Assembly (NCBI RefSeq): GCF_009914755.1
Contig: NC_060936.1
Source: the human T2T-CHM13v2.0 reference genome, Homo sapiens
DNA: 64,000 nucleotides
Reading direction: 5' to 3' (one strand)
Within the stretch, counting starts at the first letter, position 1. The number at the start of each line of letters is the position of its first letter. The position numbers and the translations under genes are program-made. The notes beneath the pieces are model-generated. The model made no database searches. It was not told where the DNA came from and was given only the letters and a program-made list of their open reading frames with translations. Below are positions 57,228 to 64,000 of the stretch, in pieces.

Positions 57228-57760
57228 GGGTCTAGAATAGCCAAGATAACTTTGAAAAAGGAAAAAAAAGTTAAAGGATTTACACTACCTGACTTTAAGA
57301 TTCATTATAAAGCTACAGTAATCACGAGAGTGTGGCATTAGCGTACAGTCAGATCATTGGAACAGGATAGAGTGCCCACTAACAGAGCCCCACATATATG
57401 GTGCAAGGGCCATTCAGTGGAGATAGGATGGCCTTTAACAAATGGTGTTGGAATAATTAGACATCTGTTTGCTAAAAAGGAACTTCATTTCACACCTCAT
57501 AAGATACACAGAACTTAAAGTGGATCATATATCTAAAATGTAAATACTAGAATTATAAAACTTATAGAAAATATAGGAGAAAATATTTGTAATCTTGAGT
57601 TAGACAGAGATTTCTTAGCTACAACACCAAAAGCACAATCCACCAAAAAAGGTAAACGATAAATTGGAGTTCATAAAAATAAGAACTTTTTGAAAGATGC
57701 AGTTAAAATCATAAAAAAGATAAGCCACCGACTGGGAAGAAGTATTTGAAAATAAATTAA
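57228..57760 (+). mobile_element. Old L1M ORF2 3' fragment
   Basis: tagaatagccaagataactttgaaaaag...acactacctgactttaag...tataaagctacagtaatc. Confidence 0.85.
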
Positions 57761-57841
57761 AGCTATTAAAACACTAAAGGAATTAGATAATAACATAGCA
57801 AGACTTATATAGTTAAGGCATCCTTCAAATGAAAATAATCG

Positions 57842-58255
<414 letters not shown>

Positions 58256-59001
58256 TCAGGCCAGCTGCATGAACATGGGCAAGTTCCTTAAATTTATGGA
58301 CCTACCCTCTTTTCTGGAAGTATTATTTTAATGAATAAGATAATATGTAAAAAAAATACTTAATACCTGGCACATGATGGAGTCTTAAAATTCTTAGTTG
58401 CTTCTATGGAGATGAAGTTCTAACATTTAAAATTGTCCTATGTAAGGCAATGTTCCCTAAGTTTGAAAATTCTTATTCTCTAATTTGTTCCTTAAACTAG
58501 GCCAGTCTGGAGGCCAACAGGGAGAGAACATTGCCTCAGAATTAGCCAAAGCAGTGAGTTTGCCTTTTCTTTTGAAAATTCTTGTCCCAGCCTGGTGAGA
58601 TCTGTGAAGTTTACATAAAACAGAGATTTTTTATACTGTCATTGGAACTTGAACTGTACTAAAATTCACATTCATGGAGAACTGTTTAGGGAGGCCCGTG
58701 GGGAAGAAGGAAAAATAATTTCCAAATATCCTGATGCTTCCAGAAAATGCCCTTGTAATAAAACTTACCCCAAGCTGTAAGACATTATATGGCACTTGCT
58801 TAGCCTGAGTGGCAATTTGGGAACGAGAAAAATTTAGCGCTGTCAAGAACCAGAATGTCTTAACATTAATAGAACAGTGAGGACCCTGAAAAAATAATTT
58901 TTAAACAAATTTAAAAGCCTAATATATCAGGGAGCTCAGTAATTGAATTAAAAAACTCAGTCTGATTTCAAAGTAGGGAAATGTGTATAGTACTCTTTAT
59001 T

Positions 59002-59318
59002 TTCTTTTTTCTTTTTTCTTTTTTTTTTTGAAACAGAGTCTCACTCTGTCACCCAGGCTGGAGTGCAGTGTTGCGATCTTGGCTCACTGAAACCTCAACT
59101 TCAACCTCCCAGGCTCAGGTGATCCTCCCACTTCAGCCTCCCAGGTAACTGAGACTACACATGTGAGCAACCACACCTGGCTAATTTTTGTACTTTTAGT
59201 AGAGACAGGGTTTCGCCATGTTGGCCAGGCTGGTTTCTAACTCCTGGCCTCAAGCGATCCGCTCTGCTCGGCCTCCCAAGGTGCTAGGGTTACAGGCGAG
59301 AGCCACCATGCTGGGCTC
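59002..59318 (-). mobile_element. Alu (J/S), antisense, with 13-bp TSD
   Basis: TSD agtactctttatt at 58989-59001 and 59319-59331. Confidence 0.95.
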
Positions 59319-60532
59319 AGTACTCTTTATTAATCACCTTTGGTCATAGAGCTTCCTTGAATGTGGAATCTTTTTCTAGGAGTCACCCAGATTGGAATTA
59401 TCAACACATAGATTTGGATAGGAAAATAACACAGACAGGACAGGCCCCATTTCATAGATGAGGAAACCGAAGTCCTGAAGAGATCAAGTCGTTCCAGTAG
59501 ACACAGTGTAGAGGGAGGACAAGCTGAGACTTGACCCCTGAGTATGGCCTTCCTTTTGCCAGCTGAAATGCTAGCTGAACAGTCCTACTGCTGCCTACTA
59601 GGGAGTGAAGCCACACACTGTAAGTGGGGCCACATAGAGTATCTTCCTTTTGTGGCAAATCAAATGCCAATTCCCATCCTTCCCACCGCATTTAACACAG
59701 GGCTTCCAGCAATTGCTTGTGAGCACACACTTGCACAAGGGCAAAACAATGCCAGAATGTTAAAAGAGCTGTAATCTCATTTGATCCTCCTGGAGAGCAG
59801 CAGGGAATCAGAATTCAGCCCTCTGAGCTGTTCAGATCATCTCAGCCTCCATCTTAATGACCTCAAAGTGAATTAGTCTCAGCAGCCATGCAAGGAGAAA
59901 GGTGCTCAAGGGCCAGGAGTCAAGGCCCCCACCCAGAGATGAGCAGACACTAGGGTCCTGGGCTGTTTTGGCTGCCACCTCCCCGCTAGAGAGCTTCTTA
60001 TACAGCCTGCTGGAGAAAGAAAGGAAGAGGGGAGCAAGTAAGGGAAGTACGGATCTGGTCCATTTTTAATATATAAATTGATTTTCCTATGTATTAGGCA
60101 TTGTAAGTCATTAATAATTGCCACTCTTATTCAATACCTATGTATGTACTGGGTATAAGTTACATTATCTCCTTTAACTATGATAATTAAAATACATCCA
60201 TTCATTTGGCAAATATTTGCCCAGCATCTATTAGGGCAGGAGACTGTATTAGGAACAGAGATACAAAGATGAAAAAAATCAGACCCAGTTTTCAAGGAGT
60301 TTGCATTACAGAGAGTCAGAAACATAAACATTCATTCAGTTTTTCATCCATTTACTTTTTCATTTCATGTATTTATTGATTTCATTCATTTATATAAGCA
60401 TTCAGCAAGTATTTGTTGGTGTTTATTGTGTACAGAGGAGATGCCTGTGCTGAAGATGCAGTATTGCAGAAGAGTATGATCTTGCCTTCAAAGAGTTCAC
60501 ATTATAAAGAAGAGAGGCAAACAGTAAGCCTG

Positions 60533-60646
60533 TTTTTTATTTTTAAAATTTCTAAACAATCTTTTGTAGAGATAAGGTATCTCCATGTTGTAAAAGTTGG
60601 TATTAAACTCCCAGCCTCAAGCAATCCTCCTACCTCAGCCTCCCAT
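60533..60646 (-). mobile_element. Partial Alu monomer, antisense
   Basis: ttttgtagagataaggtatctccatgttg...ctcaagcaatcctcctacctcagcctccc. Confidence 0.75.
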
Positions 60647-60659
60647 TCGGTTGACTAAA

Positions 60660-61180
60660 GTCTGCCAGAAATTATTTGCCACTCTATGACAAACAGGTCC
60701 ATGTCCCCTCCCTACCTTGATTCTTAGCTGACCTAGGTGACCTGCTTAACCAGTAGAAGTTGACAGAAGTAACACTGTGGGATTGCTGAGACAAGGGCAT
60801 AAGAAGATTTGCAGCTTCCACCTTGGCCTTTGGAAACCTCGCTCTGAGAGAATCGGTGCACCATGTCAGAAGTCCAAAAACCCTGAGGCCACCATGCCGG
60901 AGATTCCACCTATAGGTGCTCCCATCTCCAGTCCTAACTGAGCCCTGGACTTCTACCCATTCCAGTCAGAGCCAGGCATTAGAGTAAAGCCATTATGGAC
61001 TCTCCAGCCCAGCCTCCCACTGAATATCAGTCATGCTACATGAAGTAGAAGAATCACTCAGGCAAGCCCTACCCAAATATCTGACCCACAAACCAGTAAA
61101 ATATAATAAAATATTCTTGCTTTAAGCCACTAAGTGTTGGGCTAGTTTGCTGTGTAGCAATAGGTGACGGAAACACAGAT
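60660..61180 (+). mobile_element. MaLR LTR (MLT1F-H-like)
   Basis: gcttaaccagtagaagttgacagaagtaacactgtg...ttgctttaagccactaagtgttggg...gtagcaataggtgac. Confidence 0.8.
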
Positions 61181-61760
61181 AATTTCAAATAGTGAAAAAG
61201 AAGTGCTAGGAAGAAATTGAAACAGCATAATAGGATAAAGAGTGATTGGTAGGAGAACAAGTTTAGACTGGCTGTCCTGAAAAGGCCTCTCTGAGAAGGT
61301 GGCATCTGAACCGAGAACCAGACATACAAAGACAAGGGGGAAAATGTATCAGGCTCAGGAAACAGCAAATGCAAAGGTTCTGACATGGGGGAACAAGCTT
61401 GGTGTGACCAGGGGCTATAAATAATGTGGCGGGTGCTATGAGCAGCTGTGCCCATGCAGCAGTGAGAGAACAGAACAAGGGGGCTGTCTCGATGGTGTCC
61501 CAGAGCCTGTGCACTGGGGCTAAGACTTAACCATTTAAACAAGAGGAGCAAAATGGTTTCTAGATAGAGACGAGTGTCTGTTCAAAGACACAAGGTGGTG
61601 AGAAAGATTGGGCATGATCAGAGACCACGAGCAGCTTATTGTTGCCAGAGCCTAGCAGGTATGGCCATGGTGACAGGAGGTTGACACAGCTGAAGAAGGA
61701 AGCAGGGCCTGGATCACAAAGAAAGTTGAATTCTGTGCAAAGGAGTTTAGAGTTCATAAT
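61180..61760 (-). mobile_element. L2 fragment, antisense (continues 60195-60520)
   Basis: aaggcctctctgagaaggtggcatctgaaccgagaacc...cagcaaatgcaaaggttctga. Confidence 0.65.
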
Positions 61761-61769
61761 ATAAGGGAT

Positions 61770-62005
61770 GAGAAACAGCAGAGCTTCTGGAGTTAAGCTG
61801 CCTGATTCAGATCCCAGCTATGCCACTTGATAGCTGTGTGACCTTGATCAACTCACTTAACTTATCTGTGCCCCAGTTTCTACATTTGTACAATGGGCTG
61901 CTAATAGCACCTACCTCATAAAGTTTAAGTATTCAACCAGTCAATCTGGGCAAAGTATTGGCACAGTGCCTGGCTGATAAATACACTATGTTAGCTATTG
62001 TTACT
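61770..62005 (+). mobile_element. MIR
   Basis: ttcagatcccagctatgccacttgatagctgtgtgaccttgatcaactcacttaacttatctgtgccccagtttc. Confidence 0.85.
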
Positions 62006-63129
62006 ATCATTATTACTATCATCATCATTGTCATCATCATCTTCATCATCGCCATTGGAAGCAACTGAAGAACTCTGCCAGAATGACAAGATTGGGTTTT
62101 TGTGTTAGAAAAAGTCACCAGGTGCTGGTGTGCAGAACAGGTTGAAAGGAGTAAGATGGAGAGACAAGAGCTGAAGAGGCCCTGAGCTCTGGTGAGGGTA
62201 TGGGTGCTACAGTCGGATAAGAAGGAACAGACGCATTGTCAGATATTTCCCTACACTACTAGCTAACATACAAGACCACAGAGGTGCACGCCATTGACAT
62301 ATAAATTTCCTGAAAGGCTTCTAGAAGGAGGCTGAATTGAAGCTGGCAGGGAGGATGGATTGGCTTTGGAAGGGTGGCGATGGGGCGTTAACATCAATTT
62401 ACACCAGAGGAACTCTCTGCTTTAAGACTCCTCCAACCTGGTTAGCTTCCAGGGTGAGAATGAAGAAACATACTTGTTGAGAAGTCTTTAAGGTCCTGGC
62501 ACCAGGAGAGGAGCAGATTCTGAAAACAAAACCAAGAATGTCCTAAATACTGATGGTGTCAAAGCAGTGGTCGTTCTGACCACCAGTCAAGGCCATCTCC
62601 TGATCAGCTGTCACCCAGTCCCAAGGACAATAATCAGAGTCAGATCCGGTGAATAACAGCACATAAATGAAAGCAGCTCTGTTAAAATGAAGAGGATGGT
62701 GAGGAACTGCCTTCTTGGGTAGTTGGCTTCCCTGAAAAATGGCTCTACTCATTCAGTCTGTGTCCAATCAGCATATGCAGATTAGGACAAACCAGTGCTG
62801 TGACCTTGCAGAGGCGGATATTGCACATCCTATTTGCAGGGATCCATCCATATGAGATATAGAATCTGGGGGCTTTTGTCTTCAAAGCTTGACAATCCTA
62901 CACATAAATATTCATTCCATTACTTCTGATTTTACATTTGCATCACAAAAAGAATCAATGCCCAAATGCCACTCAGCCCTTCCAGGCACCCAAGAGAAAA
63001 AGTGGGAAAGGCTTAGGAGATGTGAATGGCTTTGGGCCTGGGCTAATTATGAGGAGGTGGCAGCACATCAGAATTCTGAAGACACCACATTTTTACCTAC
63101 TCAGCACCCTCCTGTTATTATTGTCATTA

Positions 63130-63645
63130 CCCTATTTTATATTTTAATAGTACTTTTAAATTATTGACTTTTATTGTCATGAATTTTAACCAGGTATGGA
63201 ATCTTGCAGTCACCGCCACAATCAAGACACAAAACAATTCCATTTCTCAAAAAGCTCCCTGGTGCCACTCCTTTCAAGTCACACACTCCCTTTGCTCTTA
63301 ACCTCCAGCCACTCTATCCCATAGTTTTGCCTTTTCTAAAACGTCATATAAATGGAATCCTGTAGTACATAACCTTTTGAGACTGGCTTTTTTACTTATG
63401 ATAATGCCTTTGAGATTCATCTCCAGGCCTTTGCATGTATCTGTAGGTCATTCCTTCTTATTGCTGAGTAGTATTCCATTATGTGAATGCACCAGTTGAT
63501 CCATTTATCTATTGAAGGACATTTGAGTTACTTTCAGATAATTATGAATAGAGCAGCTGTAAACATTCATGTACAGGTTTTTGAGTGAACATGTTTTCAT
63601 TTTTCTAAGGTAAATATTCAGGGGTGGGAGGGATGAGTCATATGC
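63130..63645 (-). mobile_element. Old L1M (MB/MC) 3' fragment, antisense
   Basis: catataaatggaatcctgtagtacataaccttttgagactggc...tattgctgagtagtattccatt. Confidence 0.85.
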
Positions 63646-64000
63646 CCCATGCTCCCAAAGTTTTTTACAGCTCTTCTATCTTTTGATCTTCTCAGTTTTT
63701 CCAGGAACTATCAAGCAAGTACAGAAACTGATATTATCTTCCTTAGCCCAGGGGTGTTGCACCAAACCATGTTGCCCATCACTAAATCTTCCATAATAAT
63801 ACCCTATGGCCCAATTAGGGTGAAGGGATATGTATGTGTGATTCCAGACTCTGGGCAGCATCTGGAGAGGGGAGGAAGTGGCTGCAGGAAGCACCCTCTC
63901 TCCTCTTCTACCATAATCCCTTGTCGGGCCCAGTGGGAGAAGAAGAAGGTCAGGTGACCACACAAGGAGTAGACTTTCTGAGAGCATGAGCTCCTTCACT

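Overview
Primate DNA, almost certainly human, covering the 3' end of GRIN2B (NMDA receptor subunit GluN2B) on the minus strand. The last four coding exons are 54269-54429, 52292-52479, 49487-49725 and 45245-47101; all have GT-AG boundaries with compatible phases, and the protein ends ...[11 protein letters not shown]. Towards lower coordinates lies an Alu-free stretch of about 22.5 kb that looks like a very long neuronal 3'UTR, ending at a well-formed distal poly(A) site near 22690. Beyond that is intergenic DNA with L1, Alu, L2, MIR and MER5 fossils and a candidate CTCF site. The most unusual element is a ~1.7 kb tandem array of 20/21-bp GGAATG-containing units (7620-9310). It is strand-asymmetric, its consensus unit has no stop codon in any frame, and it carries about 50 TEAD-type motifs (hand count); its minus strand carries regularly spaced miR-1/206 and miR-103/107 seed matches. 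Other observations: U1-like sites overlapping a G-quadruplex right after the stop codon, long AG-exclusion zones before two exons, a local ~190-bp duplication and an A32 internal-priming trap in the UTR. Boundaries and subfamilies of old repeats were called by eye and are approximate. All functional proposals are untested inference.
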